Notes: generated from the letters alone by a model not told the origin. 64,000 bases of DNA from Candidatus Saccharimonadales bacterium (GCA_025450575.1 JANWHE010000016.1:93874-157873); one strand, 5' to 3'. Positions 7,925-15,763 are shown, numbered from the stretch's first letter. A program made the numbers and translations.

Positions 7925-9334
7925 ATGCTTATGCAAAATGATAATCAAAACGCCCAACCCGGCCCCGAACCGCCACCTCAGATTAATCCGTCGCCCCAAG
8001 CATCGCCAGCACCCTCCCCTTCTGTAATTCCTCCAGACACAACGTCTCCCGCGCCTAAGCCCGGCTCTCGAAAAAAATTATTACTTTTATTCGTACTTGT
8101 ACTGGTGGTAGCCGGAGCCGCCGCGATTTATTTCCTGGTTTTGCATAAGACCAAATCGCCGGCGCCCGTCGCATCAACGCCCCCTAGCGGCTCGGTTCTG
8201 CAAAGCGCCAAGAAACAATATTTTCTAAACGATTCGGTAGCCGGTTATATCAATTACGACCCCTCGGCTTTCAAAGAGGTGGATACCACCAAACTACCGA
8301 CCATCCCGGCGGCCGACCCTAACGTCAATACTATAATCGTCCAGGCTAATGTCGTCGGTTTCAGCGACAGCGGTCTTTACCTCTACGATCTCAAAGCCAA
8401 TAAGACTTACCGGCTGACGGATGGCGGCGGTTCGCCGCGCATCATGAGCGATCATTACTTGCTTTATGGTTTCGACACTGGCAGCGGTACTACTAAACGC
8501 CTGGGCGGAAAACTGCTCAACCTGCAGACCGGGCAAACACAGACCGTCTTTTCCGACACGCCCGAAAATGTTCCGGGGACCATCTGCTGCAGCGTCTCGC
8601 CGGACGGTTTTAGAGCGGCTTTCGTCCAAAAGAACAAAATAAGCGTCTGGGATATCCGCACCCAGAAATTTACCGACTACGCCGCGACCGTCAATCCCAT
8701 AGACCCTAACTTCAGCCGCACGTCCACCAACGACTACAATACCGAAAACAGTTACGCCACTCCGGCGTGGTTGGATAACGACACAATCATTTACACCGAC
8801 AAACCGGCCGACTCCCCAGTCGCCAACCAGCCGGCCCAGATTGTTGATGACACTCTTTACAAACTGACCCTCAGCGACGACAAAAACACCGAGATAACCA
8901 CCAATACCAGCGGCATCTATAACATTTACACAGCTGCCGGCTCGACTTTCGTCGATGAAGTCCCGGTATCAAGCCCGGGCAACTCTCAGATCTCCCTGGT
9001 ACTTCTGGACGGCACGGCGCCCAGGACTATCGGTTCTAACCCGGGCTTCGCCTTGGTTTCGCCGAGCGCCCTTGGCGTGTACATGTTCAGTACTCAAGAC
9101 AGCGGCGGATATACCATGTTAAAAACTGATGCCAACGATCCTAACCAAGCACCCTCAGCTTTCGACCCGCATATCAGCGGCATCAAAGTCAGCCAGATAT
9201 TACCGCGAGGTTGGATAGACAATGACCGGATGCTACTGGCCGAACTCGACACAGCCGGCACGCAGAATCATGAGTACATAGCCGTCTATAACTCTACTAC
9301 CAATAAAGTCGAGCAATATCTCAAGATAAACTAG
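7925..9334 (+). CDS. Membrane-anchored extracellular protein, probable beta-propeller
   Basis: Pro-rich cytoplasmic N-terminus, one TM helix, repeated SPDG/LYLYDL/W-D blade-like motifs. Confidence 0.65.
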   Translation: MLMQNDNQNAQPGPEPPPQINPSPQASPAPSPSVIPPDTTSPAPKPGSRKKLLLLFVLVLVVAGAAAIYFLVLHKTKSPAPVASTPPSGSVLQSAKKQYFLNDSVAGYINYDPSAFKEVDTTKLPTIPAADPNVNTIIVQANVVGFSDSGLYLYDLKANKTYRLTDGGGSPRIMSDHYLLYGFDTGSGTTKRLGGKLLNLQTGQTQTVFSDTPENVPGTICCSVSPDGFRAAFVQKNKISVWDIRTQKFTDYAATVNPIDPNFSRTSTNDYNTENSYATPAWLDNDTIIYTDKPADSPVANQPAQIVDDTLYKLTLSDDKNTEITTNTSGIYNIYTAAGSTFVDEVPVSSPGNSQISLVLLDGTAPRTIGSNPGFALVSPSALGVYMFSTQDSGGYTMLKTDANDPNQAPSAFDPHISGIKVSQILPRGWIDNDRMLLAELDTAGTQNHEYIAVYNSTTNKVEQYLKIN

Positions 9335-9386
9335 CAATGCCTGCGCCCCGCCCACTGGGAAAACCGCGCCTCTCTACTCCTAGGCA

Positions 9387-9402
9387 TGTGATTCGGATCA
9401 CA
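9387..9402. promoter_or_regulatory. CRP-type box, perfect consensus, upstream of the cytochrome b gene
   Basis: TGTGA-ttcgga-TCACA; CACAAT -10 at 9424-9429. Confidence 0.75.
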
Positions 9403-9455
9403 TCGTACTCTATGCTAAAAGCCCACAATCAGATGATTACCATACTAAAACGCAA

Positions 9456-10832
9456 ATGACTAAACACCCCTTAAAGTCCGGCCTGCAATCGTTGATGATC
9501 AGTGACGTGCCGGCTTATGCTAACAAGTTCTTCTACTCTCTTGGCTTCTTATCGATGACCTCATTTATGCTGCTGCTGGTTAGCGGCGTCATAATGGCCG
9601 TATTCGGTCCGGACTGGTGGCTGACCAGCTCGCCGGGTAGGTATCTGCGCAGTGTTCATCTGTGGGCTACTCAAGCATTCGTACTATTCATAATCCTCCA
9701 TCTGCTTATCGTCTTTTTAACTTCGGGGTTTAAAAAACCGCGCCGGCTGACTTGGGTCATCGGGGTTTTTATGTTCTTGTTCGTCCTGATGGAGGCGGAG
9801 TTCGGCTACGTACTGCGCGGTGACTACTCCAGCCAGTGGCGGGCGCTCCAGGGGGCCGACCTATATAACGGCACCGGTCTGGGATATTGGCTGCACAACA
9901 TAAACTACCGGCAGATATTCGGTCTGCACGTGGTAGTTATCCCGGCGGTTATAATCGGGCTGTTGTTCTTCCACTATCTGTTAGTCAGAGTTCTGGGCAT
10001 AGCCAAACCGCACCGCAAAGACGTGCATGTACCGACCGTCAAAGCCAACCATACCGTCCTATTCGTGCGCGGCGGCGCGCTTATAGCGTTAATTTTAGGC
10101 CTGGCGGCGTTCTTACCTTCGCCCTACATAAAACCCGATACCGCCCAAAGCATCGCCCAGTCCGATCCCAAAATCATCGCCCAGACCCTTGTAAAGGAAT
10201 TCGACCACTCATCCGACACCGCCACCTATATGGACAGTATTAATCCGTACAATTTCGATACCAGGAAGGTGTACATAAATGACCCTTACGCCCAGTACGT
10301 GGTGCTGACGCGGTCGCCGGATATGCTAAGCCGCTTCAACGCCCTGCCGCCGGCGGTCCAGCAGGCCCAGACCCAGGCCGCCGCCGACTTCTTCGACAAT
10401 TCCTATCCGGCCCAGCGGCCGGGCTCCGCTAATCCTCTGGAAAGCGTGGTGGTGTCTCTCACGGATATGGCGGCCGCTGGATTGTACGAACCGGCCCTTG
10501 ATTCCGCGCCGTCCGGAGGCGACCAATCCACTTATTCACTGCGCTTTTTGGCGGATACCGGGGTATTGGAAGATAACGCTACTTCACTCGGCATAACCAC
10601 CGACCAATACGGCATGCTGCGCGAAGAAAAAGGAACTATACCGCCCGGCGCGTGGTGGCTGGCGCCAATTGGACTGATGAACCATACCATTCTTGCCAAC
10701 GACGATAATGGCGACCGCGACGGCGCCATCATTTTGGGCTGTTTTCTGCTGCTGCTTATGGCTTTCCCGTTCATACCGGGGCTTAACCGCCTCCCGGAAT
10801 GGCTGAAAGTCTACAAACTTATCTGGCGGTGA
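9456..10832 (+). CDS. Cytochrome b (b/b6 N-terminal domain) fused to an extracytoplasmic domain
   Basis: RSVH-x13-H and GLH-x14-H heme-ligand pairs; RRLTWVIG and FGYVL motifs. Confidence 0.85.
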   Translation: MTKHPLKSGLQSLMISDVPAYANKFFYSLGFLSMTSFMLLLVSGVIMAVFGPDWWLTSSPGRYLRSVHLWATQAFVLFIILHLLIVFLTSGFKKPRRLTWVIGVFMFLFVLMEAEFGYVLRGDYSSQWRALQGADLYNGTGLGYWLHNINYRQIFGLHVVVIPAVIIGLLFFHYLLVRVLGIAKPHRKDVHVPTVKANHTVLFVRGGALIALILGLAAFLPSPYIKPDTAQSIAQSDPKIIAQTLVKEFDHSSDTATYMDSINPYNFDTRKVYINDPYAQYVVLTRSPDMLSRFNALPPAVQQAQTQAAADFFDNSYPAQRPGSANPLESVVVSLTDMAAAGLYEPALDSAPSGGDQSTYSLRFLADTGVLEDNATSLGITTDQYGMLREEKGTIPPGAWWLAPIGLMNHTILANDDNGDRDGAIILGCFLLLLMAFPFIPGLNRLPEWLKVYKLIWR

Positions 10833-10859
10833 TCCCAACTGGGCTTATAATAGGTACGC

Positions 10860-11180
10860 ATGGGCCATGAGGACGACTTACCGCAGATAATCGGCGAGGT
10901 GCCGGGCGACGAGGCTTTGATGTACGAGCCGGCACTTGAATTCTTCCAACGAAGGTCCCAGCCGCACGGCGGCCGCATGGCCGACGGCCACGAACTGGCT
11001 ACTAAGATAGAGGATGACATCGTAGGGTTAGACGACCTCATTATTGAACGTAACGGCGATAACCGCACTTTCACCGCCCGCCACAAAAAAGGCTTAGAAA
11101 TCGTCGCCGTAACCCTTACCGTGGCCGGCGTCCTGGCCGCCACCCACCAAATCCGCACCCGCCGCCGGCATGGCACGTGA
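10860..11180 (+). CDS. Small hypothetical protein with C-terminal TM anchor
   Basis: 106 aa; TATAAT 8 nt before the ATG; C-terminal hydrophobic helix and Arg-rich tail. Confidence 0.6.
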   Translation: MGHEDDLPQIIGEVPGDEALMYEPALEFFQRRSQPHGGRMADGHELATKIEDDIVGLDDLIIERNGDNRTFTARHKKGLEIVAVTLTVAGVLAATHQIRTRRRHGT

Positions 11181-11218
11181 GCCATGTCACTACCATCCCG
11201 GCCGGTTAGTGCGATGCT
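11176..11218 (+). promoter_or_regulatory. CRP-like box plus extended -10 element for the cupin gene
   Basis: CGTGA-gccatg-TCACT (11176-11191); TG-n-GATGCT at 11210-11218. Confidence 0.6.
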
Positions 11219-11240
11219 AAAGCTGTAACAGGAGACAGCT

Positions 11241-11666
11241 ATGGCATTAGTAAATAACATTACCGGACAAGCAAAGGCCAACGATTATTTCCGGCAAGTA
11301 TTGGCAACCGGCAAGCATACCCAGGTAGTAATTATGAGCATTCCGGCCGGCGACGATATCGGCGAAGAGGTCCACAAGGATAACGACCAGGTCTTATATC
11401 TGATAAGTGGCAGCGGCCAGGTCGTGCTGGATGGTCAAACTTCGGATTTCAATACCGGCGACTTAGTGTTGGTGCCGGCCGGCACCAAACACAACTTCAT
11501 CACAAAAGGCGACCAGCCCATGAAAATAATCACTACTTACTCCCCGCCCCACCACCCTGATGGCACGATCCATAAGTCCAAACAAGACGCCCAAAACGCC
11601 GAGGATAAAGCCAAGAAAATCGCCACCACAGCCGCTATCACCGCTTCCACCTTCCAAGTCCTTTAG
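11241..11666 (+). CDS. Cupin domain protein
   Basis: IGEEVH..DQ...G.G and GDLVLVPAGTKHN cupin motifs, YSPPHHP. Confidence 0.92.
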   Translation: MALVNNITGQAKANDYFRQVLATGKHTQVVIMSIPAGDDIGEEVHKDNDQVLYLISGSGQVVLDGQTSDFNTGDLVLVPAGTKHNFITKGDQPMKIITTYSPPHHPDGTIHKSKQDAQNAEDKAKKIATTAAITASTFQVL

Positions 11667-11679
11667 CTTTTAATAAGCG

Positions 11680-11708
11680 AAGAGGGGCCGTTTTTTCGGC
11701 CCCTCTTG
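11680..11708. terminator. Inverted-repeat terminator
   Basis: AAGAGGGGCCG-ttttt-CGGCCCCTCTT. Confidence 0.75.
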
Positions 11709-11769
11709 GTACCCTGCTCCGTCGTCACGAACCAGCGCATTTTTTTTCAGCCATTTTTGTGGATGACTA
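11680..11769 (-). ncRNA. Putative small RNA (sRNA-D), CRP-box promoter
   Basis: Box AGTGA-tttcca-TCACA 11803-11818; -10 TATCAT 11780-11775; transcript would end at the 11680-11708 hairpin. Confidence 0.4.
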
Positions 11770-11847
11770 CCAAAATGATAATCCTTACTTACTACAGCTT
11801 CCAGTGATTTCCATCACACCAGAAAATTATTGAATAATCCGCGTCAT

Positions 11848-11930
11848 AAAAAAGGAGCTTGTTTAGGGCTCCTTTCTCCGCAGCTTCCCCACCGAAGCAG
11901 TTCGCTGCTAGCCGCTCTCACGATTGGTTA
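11848..11930 (-). ncRNA. Putative small structured RNA (sRNA-C), CRP-box promoter
   Basis: Box AGTGA-tttccc-TCACA 11964-11979; -10 TATGAT 11941-11936; GUGA hairpin, GCAGC..UUCG..GCUGC hairpin, GGAGC..GCUCC-U6 terminator. Confidence 0.65.
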
Positions 11931-11983
11931 CAAAAATCATAAACCCACCCAGCAATCACGCACAGTGATTTCCCTCACATTTT

Positions 11984-12331
11984 TTAAATTTTTATACCTT
12001 GGACGATTTGTTGCTCACGTATTTTAGCAGCCTCGGCAAGAGCCTTAGCGATCTTTCCTAAATCAGAGTGAATGTATGCGTTAGGGATATGTACAGTTTC
12101 GTACCCTAACTTGTCCGAATAATAGGTGCGAGCCATATCGCTAATAATCTGATGCGGGTTTGTAAGGTGCTGTTTCCCGTCAACTTCAATATTTATTTTG
12201 GCGTCCGGAATAGTTAAGTCTATCTTTTTAAACCCGTCTCTAACTTGAGCCAAGACCCGAAGCCCATGTTCTTCTAATGCTTCTTTCAGCATTTTCTCTT
12301 CAGGGGTGGGCCTTCTTCGCCAGTATTTCAT
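11984..12331 (-). CDS. DUF559/Vsr-like endonuclease domain protein
   Basis: TPEE..L...L, ID....IEVDG..H, D..R...L GY motif; AT-rich. Confidence 0.8.
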   Translation of the reverse strand: MKYWRRRPTPEEKMLKEALEEHGLRVLAQVRDGFKKIDLTIPDAKINIEVDGKQHLTNPHQIISDMARTYYSDKLGYETVHIPNAYIHSDLGKIAKALAEAAKIREQQIVQGIKI

Positions 12332-12389
12332 CTATTTATCATATTAAGTTTGATTTTCATGGGATCAAATTTACTGACGTCTGAACTCC

Positions 12390-12539
12390 CTATGCGAGCG
12401 CTTCTTTGAGTATTATTTCTTCCCGTTCTTTATCATAGTGATAATGGATTATCTCACCATTAATGATTAAACTAATTGCTCTATCTCTTATTCCAAGCGG
12501 AGCAATATTCTCCTCAACTGCATTTAATGTAATTCTCAC
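12390..12539 (-). CDS. Small hypothetical protein (49 aa; below the ORF-track length cutoff)
   Basis: GTG..TAG ORF VRITLNAVEEN...EEIILKEALA with TAAAAT 9 nt upstream. Confidence 0.4.
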   Translation of the reverse strand: MRITLNAVEENIAPLGIRDRAISLIINGEIIHYHYDKEREEIILKEALA

Positions 12540-12583
12540 TTCTAGCTTATTTTACCCCTGTTTCGGGGAATTTTATAGGCCGG

Positions 12584-12931
12584 TTAGAGCTCGGTGTATT
12601 TGGCGTGGGAGCCTTTGGCTTTAGAGACAGGATACTTGGCTTCGTTTTGTTTCATCTTGCTATCAAAAGCTTTGGCTAAATCTATATCCATATCGTGGGC
12701 GATTAAAAGGACCCAGTATAAGACGTCTATCAGCTCGTCGCTGACATCGGTGTGCTTGACTTTGAGATGCTTTTTAACTTCGTCGGACGATTTCCACTGG
12801 AAATGCTCCAGAAATTCGGCGGCTTCTAAAAGCATAGACACCGCCAGGTCCTTGGGATTATGGAACTGTTCCCAATCGCGGGCATCACGGAAGGCCACCA
12901 CCTGTTTTTGCAGATCATCCAAACTAGCCAT
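12584..12931 (-). CDS. MazG-like nucleotide pyrophosphohydrolase
   Basis: RDWEQFHNPKDLA..LEAAE..E.FQW, DEL.DV, KM..N..KYP. Confidence 0.92.
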   Translation of the reverse strand: MASLDDLQKQVVAFRDARDWEQFHNPKDLAVSMLLEAAEFLEHFQWKSSDEVKKHLKVKHTDVSDELIDVLYWVLLIAHDMDIDLAKAFDSKMKQNEAKYPVSKAKGSHAKYTEL

Positions 12932-13004
12932 GCACTATCCCTTTCTACCAGAATTATACTTCTGTTTCCGGCAAGAATACAGCCGTCATGCGCGGCAAGC
13001 CGCC

Positions 13005-13694
13005 TTAGCCGGCCGCCGCCAGCAGACCGGTGAGAAACTGGATGTTTTCCGGCTGGCAGCTGAACAGGTAGCGGGCTTCGTCGGTGTAATATCGATGGTT
13101 GCCGACTATTTGGATCTGGTTTGCTAGGAAAGCCAGAAGAACTTCGCCGGTCAGCTGGATTCCCGGATAAGTTTCGGCGAAGAACCGGCGTGCTGACTCC
13201 CAATACTCGGTTTCGGGCAGACCGAATGACGACAGATCGGCATCGGCCATCAGCATGGTAAGATAATCGTCCGGCGAAGCGGATTGCTCTATGCGCTGGT
13301 TAGCAACCGCTTTGACCTTAGTGGCGGCGATGATGTTTTTGACGCGGTCGGTTTCGGCCTGAGGAAAGATGCCTAGCATGTTCATATGCCGGGCGGCCAG
13401 TTCGGCGCTGAGTTCTTCGCTGTCACTTCTTTGGACGTCGTAGACGGCATCGTGATAAGCGGCGGCGATCATCAGCAGATCGTGCTGGGCGCGGTCTATC
13501 CTGCCGGCCGCCATAGCGGCATCGGCCAGCCGGCCGGCCGAGGTTATGACCATCAAAGTGTGTTCCGGCCCATGGTACGGCTTAGGATCGGGGCTGCTGG
13601 GCCCATAATTTCTGGTGGCGGTATCCAAACCTCTGGATATCAAAGCTTTTACGGCAAGCTCGCGCGGGGATTCGGGCCGGTGGGAGGTCTCCAT
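13005..13694 (-). CDS. HD-domain phosphohydrolase
   Basis: YHGPEH, AAAYHD, SEELSA, DADL motifs. Confidence 0.85.
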   Translation of the reverse strand: METSHRPESPRELAVKALISRGLDTATRNYGPSSPDPKPYHGPEHTLMVITSAGRLADAAMAAGRIDRAQHDLLMIAAAYHDAVYDVQRSDSEELSAELAARHMNMLGIFPQAETDRVKNIIAATKVKAVANQRIEQSASPDDYLTMLMADADLSSFGLPETEYWESARRFFAETYPGIQLTGEVLLAFLANQIQIVGNHRYYTDEARYLFSCQPENIQFLTGLLAAAG

Positions 13695-13801
13695 TTATAA
13701 TATTTTAACATTTTATCAACACTTTGTCGATTAATAACTCTCGGGATGATCGCCGCCATCCCTTTTTGTAAGGTTTAGAGCATTACGGTTATAATAGAGG
13801 C

Positions 13802-14050
13802 ATGAACCCCGGGCAAAACGACGTGAACCTGCGCTACACCTCGCCAATAGTGGTATCCGACGGCCACGTAGTAGCTATCAGCGACGAAGGCGTGCCCAGC
13901 CTGATGTTTTTCCAGGCCCGCGAACAGCACGAAGGCCATCTGCACGCCGACGTGGTGGCCGCCGTACGCTTAAACAAGATAGACGACCTTAAGGCGCTAG
14001 CCAAAGCCATCAACGACACCATCAAACAACACCAGAGCCGCGAACCTTAG
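13802..14050 (+). CDS. Small hypothetical protein (DUF3467-like)
   Basis: 82 aa beta-beta-helix pattern; TATAAT 6 nt before the ATG. Confidence 0.6.
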   Translation: MNPGQNDVNLRYTSPIVVSDGHVVAISDEGVPSLMFFQAREQHEGHLHADVVAAVRLNKIDDLKALAKAINDTIKQHQSREP

Positions 14051-14133
14051 GCTATTGCGCTCACGCTTATTTTATGTTGTGAAATTGTTTTAAACTATTG
14101 ACCGCCCGTCTTCCCCGGCGATAGTATCAATTT

Positions 14134-14414
14134 AGGCGCCAGCCATGCCCGCAAGGTATGACTGACAGCTTATGAAATTTGTGAGTCGCAGTAAGTTCCG
14201 ATTCCATAGACAGCCTGCCGTTCTAGACAGCCGGCTTCACTAGGGAGACGAAGGTCTTCTGACGAAACAGTGCGCCGACCGCGGACGTTCCATAAACGAC
14301 CGCGGACAGCGTGCCTTCGCCGGGGCAAAGGAGACAGGTCATACAGCGTCCGGCCGGATGTTACAATTCCGAGAGATATCTAGGAAGTATGGCTGAAAAT
14401 GCAATCGGCGCTTT
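14134..14414 (+). ncRNA. Large structured ncRNA, raiA-motif-like (alternative: divergent RNase P RNA)
   Basis: TTGACC-N18-TAGTAT promoter (14098-14127); nested long-range helices; terminator 14415-14447; no ORF on the track. Confidence 0.6.
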
Positions 14415-14447
14415 AAATCCCGCACCTAGGCAGTGCCGGGATTTTTT
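14415..14447 (+). terminator. Rho-independent terminator
   Basis: AAATCCCG..CGGGATTTTTT. Confidence 0.75.
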
Positions 14448-14470
14448 GTATATAAGACACCCCGCGACTC

Positions 14471-14513
14471 TGTTAACTAAGTAACATACCTTTGTGTCCG
14501 TTTAGGCTATATT
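14471..14513 (+). promoter_or_regulatory. CRP-like autoregulatory box plus -10 element
   Basis: TGTTA-actaag-TAACA (14471-14486); TATATT 14508-14513; GTG start 6 nt later. Confidence 0.6.
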
Positions 14514-14519
14514 TATCGG

Positions 14520-15194
14520 GTGGAGGAGACTGAATCCGATTATCTGAAGCAGATTAACCAGCTGTTCGCCAGCGGGCGTTCTAAGACATACCCCAAAAGC
14601 CAGCTGATCCACTACCAGGGTGACCCTTTGACTCAGATATACCTGGTGAAAAGCGGTTTCGTCAAAGCCTATACCATCCTGGAGTCCGGCGATACCCGGA
14701 CCATCCTGCTGCTGGGCGCCGGCGATATCTTTCCACTGGCTTTCGCCTCGACCATGGACTGGAGCGACTACAACATCCACTATTTTTACCAATCGCTGGT
14801 CGATACCGAGCTGGCGGCTCTGCCGGCCAAAGAGCTGATGGAGCATCTGCGCTCCGACCCGGCGGCCATGAACACTTATATGGCCTACTTATCAGCCAGC
14901 AACGAGATAATTATGAACCAGCTGGAAGTGATGAAGAATAAAAAGGCCATCGACAAAGTCTGCCTGCTGCTGCCTTACCTGATATCCAAGTCCGGCAAAC
15001 AGATCAAACCCGATATTTATGAGCTGCAGCTGAAACTATCGCACCAGGAGCTGGCCGACTTATCCGGCGTCACCCGCGAGACTACCACGACGCTTCTCAA
15101 GCAGCTGGAAAACCTCGGCATCATCGACCAAAAGCACGGCAAGTGGCAGGTCAATACCATCGCCCTGAATAAGATGCTGGAGGGTAAGCGCTAA
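14520..15194 (+). CDS. Crp/Fnr family transcriptional regulator
   Basis: cNMP-binding-fold N-domain (QGD...YLVKSGFVK, GDIF) and HTH SHQELADLSGVTRETTT. Confidence 0.93.
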   Translation: MEETESDYLKQINQLFASGRSKTYPKSQLIHYQGDPLTQIYLVKSGFVKAYTILESGDTRTILLLGAGDIFPLAFASTMDWSDYNIHYFYQSLVDTELAALPAKELMEHLRSDPAAMNTYMAYLSASNEIIMNQLEVMKNKKAIDKVCLLLPYLISKSGKQIKPDIYELQLKLSHQELADLSGVTRETTTTLLKQLENLGIIDQKHGKWQVNTIALNKMLEGKR

Positions 15195-15286
15195 AGGGTT
15201 GTTGTAACAAACTTTACTGTTTCTTGGATATGATGGGGTCATAGTGGGATTCACCGGCTTTTTAGAGAGAAAAATGGAGATTTATA

Positions 15287-15763
15287 ATGGCAGCCGAAGA
15301 TAATCAGGGACTTGATATCATCAGCCCGGTTTTCCGTAACGGGTCGCCTATACCGCCGCAATATACTTGCCGAGGCCAGAACGTCAACCCGCCCTTAAAC
15401 ATCTTTAACGTGCCGGACGGCGCCCAAAGCCTGACGCTTATCATGCACGACCCAGACGCTGTAAGCGGCGACTATCTGCACTGGCTGATGTGGGATATCC
15501 CGCCGGGGACCGATTCGATCCCGGTCAACAGCGTGCCAGTGGGCGCCGTCCAGGGACCAAACGGCGGCGGCTCATCTGGCTATAGCGGCCCCTGCCCGCC
15601 CAAGGGCACCGGCACCCATCATTACGTTTTTGATTTTTACGCCTTGGACACCACGCTGGATCTGCCTAGCGGTTCCGGCATCCAGGATGTTATCAAGGCC
15701 CAGGCCGGCCACGTGCTAGATCATTGCGAGCTGGTCGGATTATTCGCCGCCGAAGAAGATTAA
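15287..15763 (+). CDS. YbhB/YbcL (PEBP/RKIP-like) protein
   Basis: DPDA, HW..WDIP, YSGPCPP.GTGTHHY.F.FYALD. Confidence 0.93.
   Translation: MAAEDNQGLDIISPVFRNGSPIPPQYTCRGQNVNPPLNIFNVPDGAQSLTLIMHDPDAVSGDYLHWLMWDIPPGTDSIPVNSVPVGAVQGPNGGGSSGYSGPCPPKGTGTHHYVFDFYALDTTLDLPSGSGIQDVIKAQAGHVLDHCELVGLFAAEED

Noticed and set aside
14259..14268. CTGACGAAAC as a hammerhead ribozyme core
   Set aside because: There is no stem II between CUGANGA and GAAA, and no matching stems I and III were found.
14383..14420. GGAAGTATGGCTGA resembling a tRNA-Ser 5' end, or a tmRNA
   Set aside because: No T-arm (GTTCRA) or CCA end; the segment pairs with the 5' part of the larger RNA.
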